A stretch of 64,000 nucleotides of DNA from an uncultured Gammaproteobacteria bacterium (GCA_963764725.1 CAVXTM010000002.1:128001-192000), one strand, 5' to 3'. Shown: positions 38,510 through 50,445, counted from the first letter of the stretch. Translations and numbers: made by a program. The notes: a model not told the origin generated them from the letters alone.

Positions 38510-39367
38510 TTAGCCCCACTGCAACTTGGCGCGTAGGGTAGCGAAGTGGTCATGCCCCTCCGGGTGGACTAGGCGGATGGCGCGTTCCGCCTTCTCCACG
38601 ACCACGCGGTCAGCCGGCAGGAGCGCGCATCCGATTTCTCCGTCACAGGTCAAACGCGCCTGTCCAGCCTCGAGGGTGCCTACCACGATTTCAACGCGAC
38701 TAGTGCCGTTCAGTACGATCGGACGGTTGCTCAAGGTATGCGGGCACAACGGCACCAAGGCCAGCGCATCGATAGCCGGGTGCAGTATGGGACCGCCGCA
38801 TGACAAGGCATAGGCGGTGGACCCCGTGGGGGTGGACACGATGATGCCGTCGGAGCGTTGCCGGTGGACGAACTGTTCATTGACGTAAATGTCGAGCGTG
38901 ATCAAGCGGCCGATGTTCCATTTTTGCACCAACACGTCATTCACGGCCTCTTGAGCGTAGAGGGTTTTTCCGGCGCGGATGACGTGGCTTTGGAGAAGCA
39001 TGCGTTCGTCTTCGACAAACTGCCCATCAAAGATCGCGTCCAGCCGCTCCGGGATCTCCTCGGGGGAGATGTCCGCGAGAAAGCCGAGATGCCCGACATT
39101 GATCCCCAACAGCCTGACCTTGGGGTTGGAGATCTGGTGGGCGGCTCGGAGCATTGTTCCATCGCCGCCGATGGCGATCACGAGATCGATCGGATAACCG
39201 ACAAACGTCTCGGTCACCGTCAAAAGCGGCGACTCCAGTAGCTGCGCGCAGCTCTTGTCCAAGAAAACTTCCAGGTGTCGGCGTTTGAGGAAAGACAGGA
39301 GAGCATGCAGCGTATCCGGGATGCGCGCGTCGCCGGTTTTAGCGATGAGACCGACTCGCTTAAACAT
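38510..39367 (-). CDS. nadK: NAD+ kinase
   Basis: GGDGTML, GHLGFL, DGIIVSTPTGSTAYALSCGGP. Confidence 0.96.
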   Translation of the reverse strand: MFKRVGLIAKTGDARIPDTLHALLSFLKRRHLEVFLDKSCAQLLESPLLTVTETFVGYPIDLVIAIGGDGTMLRAAHQISNPKVRLLGINVGHLGFLADISPEEIPERLDAIFDGQFVEDERMLLQSHVIRAGKTLYAQEAVNDVLVQKWNIGRLITLDIYVNEQFVHRQRSDGIIVSTPTGSTAYALSCGGPILHPAIDALALVPLCPHTLSNRPIVLNGTSRVEIVVGTLEAGQARLTCDGEIGCALLPADRVVVEKAERAIRLVHPEGHDHFATLRAKLQWG

Positions 39368-39519
39368 CGAGATCGAGGACCAGCGCGCGCATGGATTAAC
39401 GTTAACATGTCCATCCCCGCCGCGCCAACTATGGCGCCACGGCCAGCATCCGCGACTGAATTTTGGGTAAGCTTGCTCGGTGTTCCGGGTCATTAGGCCG
39501 TCGGCGTGGTCCGTTCACA

Positions 39520-40122
39520 TCAACCGATACGTTCGAGAATCACGCCAGCGTCGCGATAATTGTAAGGCAGCCGGCGATGTAATCCATTGTGTTCCAGGAT
39601 CAAGCTTGGCAAACCGTCCGCCCCGAGCTTCCGCGACAAACAAATCTGCTCCCTAAGTTGCGATTGTGTTTCGGCGCTGTTCAGGTCGCTTTTAAATCGC
39701 TCTGCGTCGAGCCCCAAACGCGTTGCAAGACCGAGGAGTGTCTCGTCGTCGGAGGGATTCCGCGCTTCCCGGTAATAGGCTTCTTGGATGGCCAGGATCA
39801 TGGGCTCCTCGTAGGAGGCTGCTTGGCTCTGCGCGGCAATCACAGCTCGGCACGCAGGGTGAGTCGAGCGGCGTGGCACACAACGGGTCCAGAAATCGAA
39901 GTTAAACTCCGTGCCGGGAACCACCTGCTGTATGCGCCGCCAGGTCTCTTGGATAGTCGAGCGCATCGCAGCGGGCATCGGAACCTCGGAATCCGGTGCG
40001 AGCCCCCCGAGCACGCGTTGAGTCACGACGCCACCCGGTAGACGCTTAACCACTTCGTTCCACACCGAACGAAATGCCCAACACCAGCTACACATCGGAT
40101 CGTGTACGTAGTAAAGGCGCAT
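39520..40122 (-). CDS. DsbA-family (thioredoxin-fold) protein
   Basis: YYVHDPMCSWCWAF. Confidence 0.88.
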   Translation of the reverse strand: MRLYYVHDPMCSWCWAFRSVWNEVVKRLPGGVVTQRVLGGLAPDSEVPMPAAMRSTIQETWRRIQQVVPGTEFNFDFWTRCVPRRSTHPACRAVIAAQSQAASYEEPMILAIQEAYYREARNPSDDETLLGLATRLGLDAERFKSDLNSAETQSQLREQICLSRKLGADGLPSLILEHNGLHRRLPYNYRDAGVILERIG

Positions 40123-40557
40123 CAATAAATGCTCGTCGATTGCAGTGTCATGGTGGATGCCGGGGATCAACAACGAAATGGCGCTTATTATAATAGGGAT
40201 GTATTCGCTGTTGGAAAGGAGAGACAATGCATCATCGCTTTGCGCGTCTCCTAGTTTTTCTGTGTTGGCTTTAGCTTCGTCGAGCGCCGTGTTTGCTGCT
40301 GTTACCTCTTGCCGGTTGCCGCCGTCATTATGGAGCAGAAAAATACGCGTCACCCGCACGTCGGGTTCGACATGATTACCTACCCATCGGACATACCTAT
40401 GATCCGCTGAAGTTCTGGATAACGACGCCGATACAGCGTGCGATAGTCCAGAGCCGGGGAATAGCGCAATACAAATGCGGCGGCGGTTCCGCATCGTCGA
40501 TGGAGACGCTGCCGAAATTACGCAAGGCGATGCTAAATTTTGAGTATCAAGAGAGTA

Positions 40558-41376
40558 ATGAATAACGCTACATTTACTGTTGCGACCATTGGCCTAGGTG
40601 AAGGTGAACTCCGATGGTTGCAGCAGATCGTGGAGACTTCGCAATCGCAGGCGCTGCGCTTTGTACCTTACGTAGGGAGTCCTGAGACTGCTCCAGACAT
40701 AGTGCTTATCGATTCCGATACGCCACAAGCTCTCCAGAGTTGGGCCGGTTTTCTCAAGGCTAAAGCACAAGGAAAAACGATCTCCGGCATTGTGTTGGCG
40801 CGCGAGCAGCCCGCAGACAATCCGAAATATTTGATTCAGCGGCCAGTGAGCGCAACGCGGCTTCTAGCAATGATGGAAAAGGTTGCCATTGAGGAGCATG
40901 GTGCGCCGCGCGCCGCTGCGTCGGTATCTGCGGACGATACGATAACACGCACGGATACTGGGACTCGGGGCGTGCAAGGCTTGCCTGGTGTGAAGGCGCT
41001 TGTCGCGGATGCCAGTTTCCCGGTCAGGACGCAGCTGAAGAACGCGCTTAAACCGATCGCCTCGTATGTCGATCTCGCACAGACGGGAGAAGAGGCGATC
41101 GAGTTCATCAATAACAAACACTACGACATAATATTTCTTGAGGTGATGTTACCGGGGATAGACGGTTATGAAATCTGCCGGATGATCAAGCACGACCCTA
41201 AGAAACGAACAACCCCGGTGGTACTGCTCGTGGCCAGCGCTTCGCCCGCGGAGAGTATCAAAGGTAAGCTCGCGCTTGCGAGCTGCGATACCTACCTTTG
41301 GAAGCCTTTGCAGCAGGCCTTCATTGACGATGTCGTCAAAAAGCTGCTGCCTAAGCCTATTCCAACACCCGCCTAG
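40558..41376 (+). CDS. Response regulator with degenerate N-terminal and atypical C-terminal receiver domains
   Basis: YDIIFLEVMLPGIDGYEICR...YLWKP. Confidence 0.85.
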   Translation: MNNATFTVATIGLGEGELRWLQQIVETSQSQALRFVPYVGSPETAPDIVLIDSDTPQALQSWAGFLKAKAQGKTISGIVLAREQPADNPKYLIQRPVSATRLLAMMEKVAIEEHGAPRAAASVSADDTITRTDTGTRGVQGLPGVKALVADASFPVRTQLKNALKPIASYVDLAQTGEEAIEFINNKHYDIIFLEVMLPGIDGYEICRMIKHDPKKRTTPVVLLVASASPAESIKGKLALASCDTYLWKPLQQAFIDDVVKKLLPKPIPTPA

Positions 41377-41403
41377 ATCCTCTCGAACCGCAACGGCGCC
41401 GCT

Positions 41404-42564
41404 TTACACCGCCCGATCCAAACCATCAAGCAGTTCAGCGGTGCTTTGGAATCGATCGTTGGGGTCTTTAGCAAGCAATTTGTTAATCAAGGACTGATAA
41501 CGCGAGACTTCGGAGGGAAGGTTTGGAATCGGAGTCTCGAGATGAGCTTGAAAGACCTCGTAGGGAGTGACGCCGCGATAGGGCAGAACCCCCGTTAACA
41601 TCTGATATAGGATAACGCCGAGGCTATAGAGATCGCTGCGTTTATCCGATCCCTCGCGGCTGATTAATTCGGGACTAATATAGTATGCGGTGCCCAGCAG
41701 CGAGTTTGCCGAGGTGAGATCTCCGCTGGCATTGGTATCTTTCGCTATTCCGAAATCGGTTATAGCCAAGCGCTGCTTATCCCGGAACAAGATATTAGCC
41801 GGTTTAAGATCCCGATGGATCACTTCAATCCGGTGGACCGCGTCTAGCCCTAATGAAATCTGACGGAGGAAGTGCATCGCGGCCGCTGGGTCTATGCCTT
41901 GCCTTATCCTTGTTTTTAAATCGCCTGCCGGGAAGTATTCCATTGCAATATAGGCCAGGTCGCTCGCAAATCCGCGCTCGAAGACTCTCGCGACGTGAGG
42001 GTGGCAGAGTTTTCTCAGGAGGTTGTATTCGCGCATGAAGCGTTTAAACGGAACGGGGTTCTCTTGTGCTTTGAAAGGTAGGATTTTGAGTACCAGATGT
42101 TGCCCATCTTTGTGACGTGCAGCGAGAAAAATAGACGCCATTCCGCCCGTGCCGATTTCACGGATGAGCGTGTACCCAGGTACGCTTAAAGGCCGATCCA
42201 GATCCGGTGTTAATGGGCCAGGATCTTCGAACAAGCGCGTAGCAACGGTGCTACGCTCCGCATCATTGAATGCGTCGGCGTCAGCCGCGCTTGCCGTTTG
42301 ATTTCCTGCGAGGGTTATCCTTTTGCCCGCCAGCACCGATCGCCTCCGTAACCTTTGTGGCTTCAAAGATCCGCACGCATCTCGATCCCCTGTCCGAACA
42401 CCCGGATAGTCATACAGTAACAACGGGTCTCGGGCAAGTAAGGGATGACTATCGCGCCCATGCGGGTAGCAGCCCGGCTTCGTGAGCAAAGGAGCGGCGC
42501 GCGTCGAAGTCCGAATGCGCGGACCCTGCCGGTTGCTGTGCGATCCAACGGCGATAGGCGGCAT
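41404..42564 (-). CDS. Hanks-type Ser/Thr protein kinase (start uncertain)
   Basis: IGTGGMA, HRDLKPANIL, DFG, GTAYYISPE, SDLYSLG. Confidence 0.9.
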   Translation of the reverse strand: MPPIAVGSHSNRQGPRIRTSTRAAPLLTKPGCYPHGRDSHPLLARDPLLLYDYPGVRTGDRDACGSLKPQRLRRRSVLAGKRITLAGNQTASAADADAFNDAERSTVATRLFEDPGPLTPDLDRPLSVPGYTLIREIGTGGMASIFLAARHKDGQHLVLKILPFKAQENPVPFKRFMREYNLLRKLCHPHVARVFERGFASDLAYIAMEYFPAGDLKTRIRQGIDPAAAMHFLRQISLGLDAVHRIEVIHRDLKPANILFRDKQRLAITDFGIAKDTNASGDLTSANSLLGTAYYISPELISREGSDKRSDLYSLGVILYQMLTGVLPYRGVTPYEVFQAHLETPIPNLPSEVSRYQSLINKLLAKDPNDRFQSTAELLDGLDRAV

Positions 42565-42757
42565 CGATTTCCGCGGTCCACCAGATTTCGAATGTCTGTG
42601 AGGGCTCTGACTGATCGTTCATACGTAGCTCCGTTATTGACGAATTAGATACAGTGGATGTTCGGCTCCCAAGCTCGGGAACCCGAAGCAATGATTACCA
42701 AGACTAAGGCAAAAACGTAACCAAACGCGTGTATAACCTTCGCGGCAAGACCGCGTG

Positions 42758-43645
42758 TCACGAGAACCGGTAAACGAGCGTCGCCACGCTCGCGCCCGCG
42801 AACACGATGGCATGGAACCAAGACCACCTTTGGTAGCGAGTGGCGAGGTTCTTAGGGTCTCGATTCGATAGCAAGTACGGTCGTCCGCCTTTCGGTGAGC
42901 GCATTATTAGTGCATCGTTAGGCCGGTCGATGCGCTCGCGATCCACTTGATCCTCCGCCGCGCCCCGCGCTTGGTTCCATTCTTGGAGGTTGATCTGTCC
43001 ATCGCCGTCACTATCAAAACGCTTCGCCAGCCTTTCCCGATCTTGTTTCCATTCGCGTAACAATAGACTTACCTCATGACTATGCTCCGTCGACGTGTAG
43101 TGATGACCGATGCTCATGATGTCGCCGAGTGCATATAGATTATCTCCAGGCGCCAGGTATTCCACATCGAGCCAAAAATCGCCTTCCCGCCAGCGCGATC
43201 GATGCGTCGTAACTACCTCCGCAGCGTCGGGATCTATGACGCATTGACCGGTTCCATCGGTTAAAACGAAAGTATCCGTACTCTGACCGTGTGAGTGCGG
43301 TGTCCAAGAACTTCCGCCTTGGCGCTGAACGTTGTAGCGATACCATACGCATGGCGGACCCGATCTATATCCAATCGGGAGGGTCCCCGGATGCGGCTCA
43401 CAGCGGCCGTAGAGTTCAGTGTAGCCCTGGGCCGCGCTCCGGATGGCAGAGCTTGGCGTGTCGGTGATGAGGCGGTAGCGCTGATAGGCGCTTAGCGATG
43501 CCCACAGGCTCGCGATCACAATCGCCCCTAGCAACGCTAATCGAACCATGGGCTGAGGCGCGTACCACATACCCGCGAGCAAGGTTACGTAGCTTGCCGA
43601 AATCAAGCCGTGGCCGAGATCTCGCCACCACGGGCCAAACATCAC
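42758..43645 (-). CDS. LemA-associated membrane protein with GIDE-like domain and EF-hand
   Basis: DTPSSAIRSAAQGYTELYG, CVWYRY, DSDGDGQINLQEW. Confidence 0.75.
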   Translation of the reverse strand: MMFGPWWRDLGHGLISASYVTLLAGMWYAPQPMVRLALLGAIVIASLWASLSAYQRYRLITDTPSSAIRSAAQGYTELYGRCEPHPGTLPIGYRSGPPCVWYRYNVQRQGGSSWTPHSHGQSTDTFVLTDGTGQCVIDPDAAEVVTTHRSRWREGDFWLDVEYLAPGDNLYALGDIMSIGHHYTSTEHSHEVSLLLREWKQDRERLAKRFDSDGDGQINLQEWNQARGAAEDQVDRERIDRPNDALIMRSPKGGRPYLLSNRDPKNLATRYQRWSWFHAIVFAGASVATLVYRFS

Positions 43646-43651
43646 GATTGA

Positions 43652-44230
43652 CTAAGGGGTTTGAAATAAAACGCGAAGATCGACGTCTGTCTTTTCCGCG
43701 GCCTCGAAGAGCAGTACCTCGTACGTTCGAAAGTCGAATAACTTCGCGATGAACAAATCGGGGAATTGCTCGATGCGGACGTTGTTGACGTTCACCGCGT
43801 CGTTATAAAACTCGCGCCGATCGGCGATGTCGTGCTCCAGGCAAGTGATGCGGCTTTGCAGATGGCGAAAGGTCTCGTTGGCTTTAAGATCAGGGTAATT
43901 CTCGACCAGCGCGAAGAGTTGCCCAAGACCGGAGCGCAACAGCTTCTCCGCTGCGCCGAGAGCGGGAATATCCGTGGCTTCACGTGCCGCGGCTACCATA
44001 CTTCGCGCCTCAACGACCTTGCGCAGGGTATCTTGTTCGTGCTTCATGTATTCCTTGCAGGTGGCGACTAGTTTTGGGAGTTCGTCGTGACGCTGTTTGA
44101 GCAGCACATCGATGTTTCCCCATGCCTTACGGACGTTGTGCTTCAACATCACAAAGCGGTTATATGCGAGGGCGCCGTAGATGAAAACGGTAACGGTCGC
44201 GGTGAGCAAAACGTAGCCTGCGATCTCCAT
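43652..44230 (-). CDS. lemA: LemA family protein
   Basis: AWGNIDVLLKQRHDELP, ENYPDLKAN, RREFYND. Confidence 0.93.
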   Translation of the reverse strand: MEIAGYVLLTATVTVFIYGALAYNRFVMLKHNVRKAWGNIDVLLKQRHDELPKLVATCKEYMKHEQDTLRKVVEARSMVAAAREATDIPALGAAEKLLRSGLGQLFALVENYPDLKANETFRHLQSRITCLEHDIADRREFYNDAVNVNNVRIEQFPDLFIAKLFDFRTYEVLLFEAAEKTDVDLRVLFQTP

Positions 44231-44378
44231 GGTGATTTCCCTCGCGATGGTCAGTTGGATACGCCGGCGCTTGTTATGCGCCGTGACTTGGCGCTATAGC
44301 GGCTCTGCGGCCGTTATCTTGATAACGTAGCCGCCGTTGAGGCACCGGGCGCAACGCCGTCTTGAAGGATGGCAGACC

Positions 44379-47300
44379 TTATTCATTGGGCTCATAACCC
44401 AAGCTCGGCCCGAGCCAACGTTCGATCGCTTTAAGGTCCATACCCTTTCGCCGTGAATAGTCGTGGACCTGGTCTTCGTTGATCGGTCCCAGTCCGAAAT
44501 AACGCGCCTGTGGATGGGAGAAATACCAGCCGCTTACTGAGGCCATCGGGTACATCGCGTAGCTTTCGGTGAGGCGGATCCCGGTATGCTGTTCAGCATC
44601 GAGCAGCTGCCATAGCAAGGGTTTTTCGGTGTGATCGGGACAGGCAGGGTAGCCGGGCGCGGGACGGATCCCTTGATAGCGTTCGTTGATCAGCTCCTCG
44701 GTGTCAATGCTTTCCTCGGGCGCGTAGCCCCAAAATTCCTTGCGCACGCATTGATGCAAGCGCTCCGCGAAGGCCTCGACCAGACGGTCCGCTAATGCTT
44801 TAACCATGATGGACGAATAATCGTCGTGTTGATCCTCAAAGCGCTTGACGATTTCCTCTATGCCGATGCCGGCGGTGGCCGCGAAGGCGCCGATATAGTC
44901 CGTGACGCCGGTTTCCTTCGGCGCGACGAAATCGGCCAACGCGAGATTGGGCTGTCCCGGCGGCCGTTTCTGTTGTTGCCGCAAGGAATGGATCACCGTG
45001 AGCTCCCCGGAGCGAGTCTCATCGGTATAGATCTCGATGTCGTCTTCGCCCACGGTATTCGCGGGGAATAAGCCGATGACACCGGATGCGCGCAGCCATT
45101 TTTCCTCGATGAGCTGCGATAACATCACTTGGGCGTCACGGAAAAGCCTACGCGCCGCATCGCCGACGGTGACATCGTCCAAGATCCGCGGATAACGTCC
45201 CGCAAGCTCCCAGGCGATAAAGAAAGGCGTCCAATCGATGTAGTGGCTGATCTCCTTCAAGGAGTAATTCGCGAACGCGAAAACTCCCAGTTGCTTTGGT
45301 ACGGGAGGATTGTACGAGCGCCAATCCACCGGGAGTTTATTTTGCCTTGCCGCGGCGAGGCTTACCCATTCGGTTCGGGCTTGGCGTCCCTTATGGCGTT
45401 CGCGCACTTCCTCGTATTCCTGATCTATTTTAGTGGCGAACTCAGTTCGCAGTTCCTGGCTCATCAACCTCGTGGCGACTCCGACCGCGCGCGAGGCATC
45501 ACGCACATGGACCGTGGGCTGTTGGTAATTCGGTGCGATCTTGACGGCCGTGTGTGTACGTGAGGTTGTGGCGCCGCCGATGAGGAGGGGGATCGTGAAG
45601 CCTTGGCGCTGCATTTCCTTAGCGACGTTCACCATCTCATCGAGCGATGGCGTGATGAGGCCGCTCAGGCCGATAAAATCGGCGTGTTCCTGTCTAGCGG
45701 TCTCGAGGACCTTTTCCGCTGGAACCATCACGCCGAGATCGACGACCTCGAAGTTGTTACATTGGAGAACGACGCCCACGATATTCTTGCCGATGTCGTG
45801 AACATCACCCTTAACGGTGGCCATGATGATTTTTCCGTTGTTCCGTATGACGCCGCCAGCGCGTTTTTCCGCCTCGATATAAGGGATGAGGTGGGCGACC
45901 GCTTTTTTCATTACTCGAGCGCTCTTGACGACCTGGGGTAGAAACATCTTTCCCGCCCCGAAGAGATCACCCACCACGTTCATGCCGTCCATGAGCGGGC
46001 CTTCGATGACCTGCAGCGGGCGCTCATGAGCTTGTCGCGCTTCTTCCGTATCGCTTTCGATGTAATCGGTTATCCCTTTGACGAGAGCATGCACCAGGCG
46101 TTCTTGCACACTCTGGTTTCGCCAGACGGAATCATCGTGTTTTTCCCTTGCTTCGCCCCTGACGGTTTCGGCAAACTTTACCAAGGATTCAGTGGCGTCG
46201 GAACGGCGATTCAAAAGAACATCTTCAGTCCTTTCCATCAGCTCACGGGGAATATCCTCGTAGATCCCGAGCTGCCCGGCATTCACGATCCCCATGTCCA
46301 TCCCAGCCTTGATACCGTGATACAGGAAAGCGGTGTGCATGGCCTCCCGTACCGGGTTGTTACCCCGAAACGAGAACGAGACGTTGCTTACGCCTCCACT
46401 GACGAGTGCATGGGGAAGGTGATGTTTGATCTCGCGCGTGGCTTCGAAAAACGCCAAGGCATAATCGTTGTGCTCTTCAATCCCCGTCGCGACCGTTAAC
46501 ACGTTGGGATCAAAGATGATGTCTTCCGGCGGAAACCCGAGCCTTTCAGTGAGGATTTCATAACTGCGTTTACATATCGCGAATTTTCGCTCGGCGGTAT
46601 CGGCTTGCCCGCGCTCATCGAAGGCCATGACGACGACCGCGGCGCCGTAACGGCGCACCAAGCGCGCATGCTCGACAAAGCGCTCCTCGCCTTCTTTCAG
46701 GCTAATCGAGTTGACCACACCTTTCCCCTGCAGGCACCGGAGTCCCGCTTCGATGATGCTCCATTTGGAGGAGTCGATCATCACCGGCACGCGGCTGATC
46801 TCGGGCTCCGCGGAAATCAGATTCAAGAACCGGATCATCAATTCTTCGGAATCGAGCATGCCTTCGTCCATGTTGACATCGATCATCTGAGCGCCGTTCT
46901 CCACCTGATGCCGCGCCACCTGCACTGCGGCATCGAGCTCGCCCGTGCGCACCAGCGCGGCGAATTTCGGTGAGCCGGTAACGTTGGTGCGCTCGCCGAT
47001 ATTGACAAAATTCACCTCCGCTCCGATCGTCAGCGGTTCCAGACCGCTCAGCCGGCAACGGCGAGGGATCTCCGGGACGCGGCGCGGCGGGAAATCGCGT
47101 AATGCCTCCGCGATGGCTCGGATATGCGCGGGCGTCGTACCGCAACAACCACCGACGATGTTCAGGAATCCGCTCTCGGCGAACTCCCGCAGTACGCCGG
47201 CCATGAAGTCGGGGCTGTCGTCATACTGGCCGAACTCGTTCGGCAGGCCCGCGTTGGGATGGGTGCTGACGTAAGTGCCAGCGACTCTCGCTAACTCCTT

Positions 47301-48092
47301 GACATAGGGCCTCAGCTCGGTGGCGCCAAGCGCACAATTCAAACCGACCGCGAGCGGGTTTGCATGTGAGACCGAAATCCAGAATGCCTCGGTGGTCTGG
47401 CCCGTCAAGGTGCGCCCGCTGGCGTCGGTGATAGTTCCCGAAATCATGATTGGAACGCGGAGGTTGTGGTTCTGGCAATACTCGTCGATGGCGAACAAGG
47501 CCGCTTTGGCGTTGAGGGTGTCGAAGACCGTCTCAACCAAAAGCACATCGGCGCCGCCATCGAGCAAGCCCCGGATAGCAGCCGTGTACGCTTCGGCGAG
47601 CTCAGCGAAGGTCGTGTTTCGGAAACCCGGATTATTGACATCCGGCGAGATCGAGGCCGTGCGATTCGTGGGTCCGAGCACGCCGGCGACGAACCGGGGG
47701 CGGCTGATGTCTTGTTCTTCGAACTCGTCGGCGGCGGCGCGGGCCAGACGGGCCCCGGCGTAGTTCAAGTCGTAAGCGAGGGATTCCAGCCGGTAGTCTG
47801 CCATCGCGATAGCGCTAGAATTGAAGGTATTGGTCTCCAAGATATCGGCACCGGCCTCCAGATAGGCGCGGTGAATCGCGTCTATAATCTGTGGCTGGGT
47901 AAGCGTCAGTAGATCGTTATTTCCCTTCAGGGCGCTGGGGTGATGTGCAAAGCGTTTCCCTCGATAGTCTTGTTCCTCGAGTCCGTAAGACTGGATCATC
48001 GTCCCCATGGCGCCATCGAGAATCAGTATGCGCTGACTCAGTGCGGATTGGAGTTGGTCTCGGCGCTGTTCTGGAGTGTAAGTGACCGCCAT
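44379..48092 (-). CDS. metH: B12-dependent methionine synthase
   Basis: [46 protein letters not shown]. Confidence 0.98.
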   Translation of the reverse strand: MAVTYTPEQRRDQLQSALSQRILILDGAMGTMIQSYGLEEQDYRGKRFAHHPSALKGNNDLLTLTQPQIIDAIHRAYLEAGADILETNTFNSSAIAMADYRLESLAYDLNYAGARLARAAADEFEEQDISRPRFVAGVLGPTNRTASISPDVNNPGFRNTTFAELAEAYTAAIRGLLDGGADVLLVETVFDTLNAKAALFAIDEYCQNHNLRVPIMISGTITDASGRTLTGQTTEAFWISVSHANPLAVGLNCALGATELRPYVKELARVAGTYVSTHPNAGLPNEFGQYDDSPDFMAGVLREFAESGFLNIVGGCCGTTPAHIRAIAEALRDFPPRRVPEIPRRCRLSGLEPLTIGAEVNFVNIGERTNVTGSPKFAALVRTGELDAAVQVARHQVENGAQMIDVNMDEGMLDSEELMIRFLNLISAEPEISRVPVMIDSSKWSIIEAGLRCLQGKGVVNSISLKEGEERFVEHARLVRRYGAAVVVMAFDERGQADTAERKFAICKRSYEILTERLGFPPEDIIFDPNVLTVATGIEEHNDYALAFFEATREIKHHLPHALVSGGVSNVSFSFRGNNPVREAMHTAFLYHGIKAGMDMGIVNAGQLGIYEDIPRELMERTEDVLLNRRSDATESLVKFAETVRGEAREKHDDSVWRNQSVQERLVHALVKGITDYIESDTEEARQAHERPLQVIEGPLMDGMNVVGDLFGAGKMFLPQVVKSARVMKKAVAHLIPYIEAEKRAGGVIRNNGKIIMATVKGDVHDIGKNIVGVVLQCNNFEVVDLGVMVPAEKVLETARQEHADFIGLSGLITPSLDEMVNVAKEMQRQGFTIPLLIGGATTSRTHTAVKIAPNYQQPTVHVRDASRAVGVATRLMSQELRTEFATKIDQEYEEVRERHKGRQARTEWVSLAAARQNKLPVDWRSYNPPVPKQLGVFAFANYSLKEISHYIDWTPFFIAWELAGRYPRILDDVTVGDAARRLFRDAQVMLSQLIEEKWLRASGVIGLFPANTVGEDDIEIYTDETRSGELTVIHSLRQQQKRPPGQPNLALADFVAPKETGVTDYIGAFAATAGIGIEEIVKRFEDQHDDYSSIMVKALADRLVEAFAERLHQCVRKEFWGYAPEESIDTEELINERYQGIRPAPGYPACPDHTEKPLLWQLLDAEQHTGIRLTESYAMYPMASVSGWYFSHPQARYFGLGPINEDQVHDYSRRKGMDLKAIERWLGPSLGYEPNE

Positions 48093-48096
48093 TGTG

Positions 48097-48732
48097 CTAG
48101 CTCGTTAAATCCTCAAAACCCGGCTTACGGAGCGTGCGCCGACAAAAATCCACGATCGCCCCGAGGACCACTTGCAAGGCGTTATTGATGGCCGTAACCC
48201 CCCCTTTGGCATCCTCGGTGGGAGCGGATTCGGTCGCGCTGAAGACACGCGTGGCGAGGACCCGGTTCCTGGTTAGGTCGATGAGTTGGGCGCGGATCGC
48301 GACTTGGCCCTGGCTTGGAGCGATCAGGAACTCGTGATGGATCTGAACGATCTCGGTATCGATCCGCAGCTCCGCGATTGCAGCGCTGGTAGCGGAGACC
48401 ACCGCGTTGAAAAGATTGGATTCTTGTAGCGCCGTCATCAATAGGGGCTCTAACATCCGCGCCGGCTGATCGGCCCACTCGCTCTCGGCGTAGTAATCGA
48501 CTTGGAGGGGATGGCGCACATAAGCGATGCGCGCCCGGTCATAACCTGGCCAAGCCTTGGGCGCCGAGACGAGCACGCTTAAGTGGCTCTCTGCCGGCGT
48601 GGCTTCCGTGTCGTTGGGCGCGACCCTGAGCACATAGATTTGCGGCGGCTGCTCCGGCGTGCGGTTGAAAAGCGCACATCCGCTCAGAGCGAGCACGAGC
48701 AACACGCATGCATGCTTTACCGATATCGTCAT
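48097..48732 (-). CDS. ABC-type transport auxiliary lipoprotein (PqiC-like)
   Basis: Lipobox LSGC; [15 protein letters not shown]. Confidence 0.85.
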   Translation of the reverse strand: MTISVKHACVLLVLALSGCALFNRTPEQPPQIYVLRVAPNDTEATPAESHLSVLVSAPKAWPGYDRARIAYVRHPLQVDYYAESEWADQPARMLEPLLMTALQESNLFNAVVSATSAAIAELRIDTEIVQIHHEFLIAPSQGQVAIRAQLIDLTRNRVLATRVFSATESAPTEDAKGGVTAINNALQVVLGAIVDFCRRTLRKPGFEDLTS

Positions 48733-49658
48733 TCGCCCGGTCCCCGGCGCACCCGTCGGCCGAACAAGAGCGCATTGGGATCACGTTCGATCGTCTCGGT
48801 CAAGCGCTGTAGGTTATCCACGAGTCGGTGCAGGTCAGTCAAAATCGGGATGGCCTGCGCGGCGGTACCACGCGAGAACCGCCGGAGGTCGGCGCGGGTG
48901 TCGACGATCAGCTGGTCGAGATTCGTGGCTGTGCGATCGAAGGTGCCGAGCACGGAGTCGATCCTTTCGGCACCTTTGCGTAGTGCACTCAGGAGCGCCG
49001 GCAACTCCTGCGCCATGCGGGCGGCGTTGTCAAGGATGGCGCTCACGCGCACGAGGGTGGTCCCGATGTCCTGGTCGCGGCTTGCGAGTGCCGTGGTGAT
49101 GCGCTCTACGTTTTGCAACGTATTGCTCAACGCGTCCTGATTTTCCTGGTTCAACAATTTTAGAATCTGTTCGGCAATCTTCTTGAATTCTTGTGCCAGC
49201 TCGGTGGCTTGCATCAGGCCGCTGGACGCGGAGGCGAGCAGCGACGGCCCGGTGCGGATCTCGGGGTAACGTTCGCCGGGACGCGCTACCAGGGGCGGAG
49301 AGTTGCGATTGCCCCCTGTCAGATCGACAAAGGCGAGCCCGGTGATGCCGTAGACCGATAATAGCGCCACCGTGTCGGCCTTAACCGGGGTGCCGGCCTC
49401 AATGTCAAGCAACAGCCGTACCCGCTCCGGGTTATCTTTGTCGAGGCTTATCTTACGCACGAATCCAACATCGACGCCGCGGTATTTTACCGCCGCGCGG
49501 GGGGCGAGGCCGGCCACGGATTCGTACACGTACGCCACGTAGGTTTCATAAGTTTTAGAGTCCTCTTGCGCGCTCAGCCATATCCCCGTCCAGATCAGCG
49601 CGGCGCCGAAGACGAGGACGAACAGGCCGACCAGCGTAAAGTTTACGCGCGGGTCCAT
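48729..49658 (-). CDS. MlaD/MCE family protein
   Basis: VGLFVL, SVAGL...VKYRGVDVG, GITGLAFVDL. Confidence 0.9.
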   Translation of the reverse strand: MDPRVNFTLVGLFVLVFGAALIWTGIWLSAQEDSKTYETYVAYVYESVAGLAPRAAVKYRGVDVGFVRKISLDKDNPERVRLLLDIEAGTPVKADTVALLSVYGITGLAFVDLTGGNRNSPPLVARPGERYPEIRTGPSLLASASSGLMQATELAQEFKKIAEQILKLLNQENQDALSNTLQNVERITTALASRDQDIGTTLVRVSAILDNAARMAQELPALLSALRKGAERIDSVLGTFDRTATNLDQLIVDTRADLRRFSRGTAAQAIPILTDLHRLVDNLQRLTETIERDPNALLFGRRVRRGPGE

Positions 49659-50425
49659 GTGGAAGCTTGTGCGGCGGCGCGACCGCGCGGACCGCAAAAA
49701 TAAGCGCGGACTTCGGGGTGCGGATGCGCGCTCAATTCAGCCATCGGTGCGAGAGCCACGACTTTTTTTTGCGCCAGGAACGCCACCCGGTCGGTCACCC
49801 GCCAGAGGGTATCGAGATCATGCGTCACCAGTATCACGGTCAACCCCAGGGATTCCTTGAGCTGCATGACGAGATCATCGAAGGCGCTGGCGCTCTGCGG
49901 ATCCAACCCGGCGGTAGGTTCATCGAGGAATAAGATCTCCGGGTCGAGGGCTAACGCTCGAGCAACGGCCGCACGTTTCAGCATGCCCCCGCTCAGCTCG
50001 CGCGGATACTTGAATGCCGCGCTAGCCGGGAGCCCGGCGAGGACGACCTTTAACAGCGCCAGTTGTTGTACGAGATCGCGCGAGAGATCCGTATGTTCGT
50101 TTAGGACCAAGGCAACATTCTCCAGCACGGTCAGAGCGCTGAACAATGCTCCATGCTGAAACATCACGCCGATGCGCCGGCGCAGCTGGTCTAAGCGATT
50201 TTCGGGCAGCGCCAATACGTCGAATCCAAGAACCCGTAAGCTGCCGGAGGCCGGGCGCGTGAGCATAATGATCTCGCGAAGCAAGGTGGTTTTCCCGGAA
50301 CCGCTGCCTCCCACCAGGGCAACCGTCTCGCCGCGTTGGACATCGAGGTCAATCCCGTCGTGAATGCAGACCTCTCCGAAATAGGTGCGTATATCCCGCG
50401 CTTCAATAATGTGCTTGCCAGACAT
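49643..50425 (-). CDS. ABC transporter ATP-binding protein (MlaF-like)
   Basis: GGSGSGKT, LSGGM, LFLDEPTAGLDP. Confidence 0.93.
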   Translation of the reverse strand: MSGKHIIEARDIRTYFGEVCIHDGIDLDVQRGETVALVGGSGSGKTTLLREIIMLTRPASGSLRVLGFDVLALPENRLDQLRRRIGVMFQHGALFSALTVLENVALVLNEHTDLSRDLVQQLALLKVVLAGLPASAAFKYPRELSGGMLKRAAVARALALDPEILFLDEPTAGLDPQSASAFDDLVMQLKESLGLTVILVTHDLDTLWRVTDRVAFLAQKKVVALAPMAELSAHPHPEVRAYFCGPRGRAAAQASTWTRA

Positions 50426-50445
50426 CGCCGTGCGTTTCAGGGGGA

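Noticed and set aside
40123-40494. N-terminal extension of the DsbA-like ORF
   Set aside because: The family-typical start MRLYYVHDP is at 40122; the upstream part has no recognisable features.
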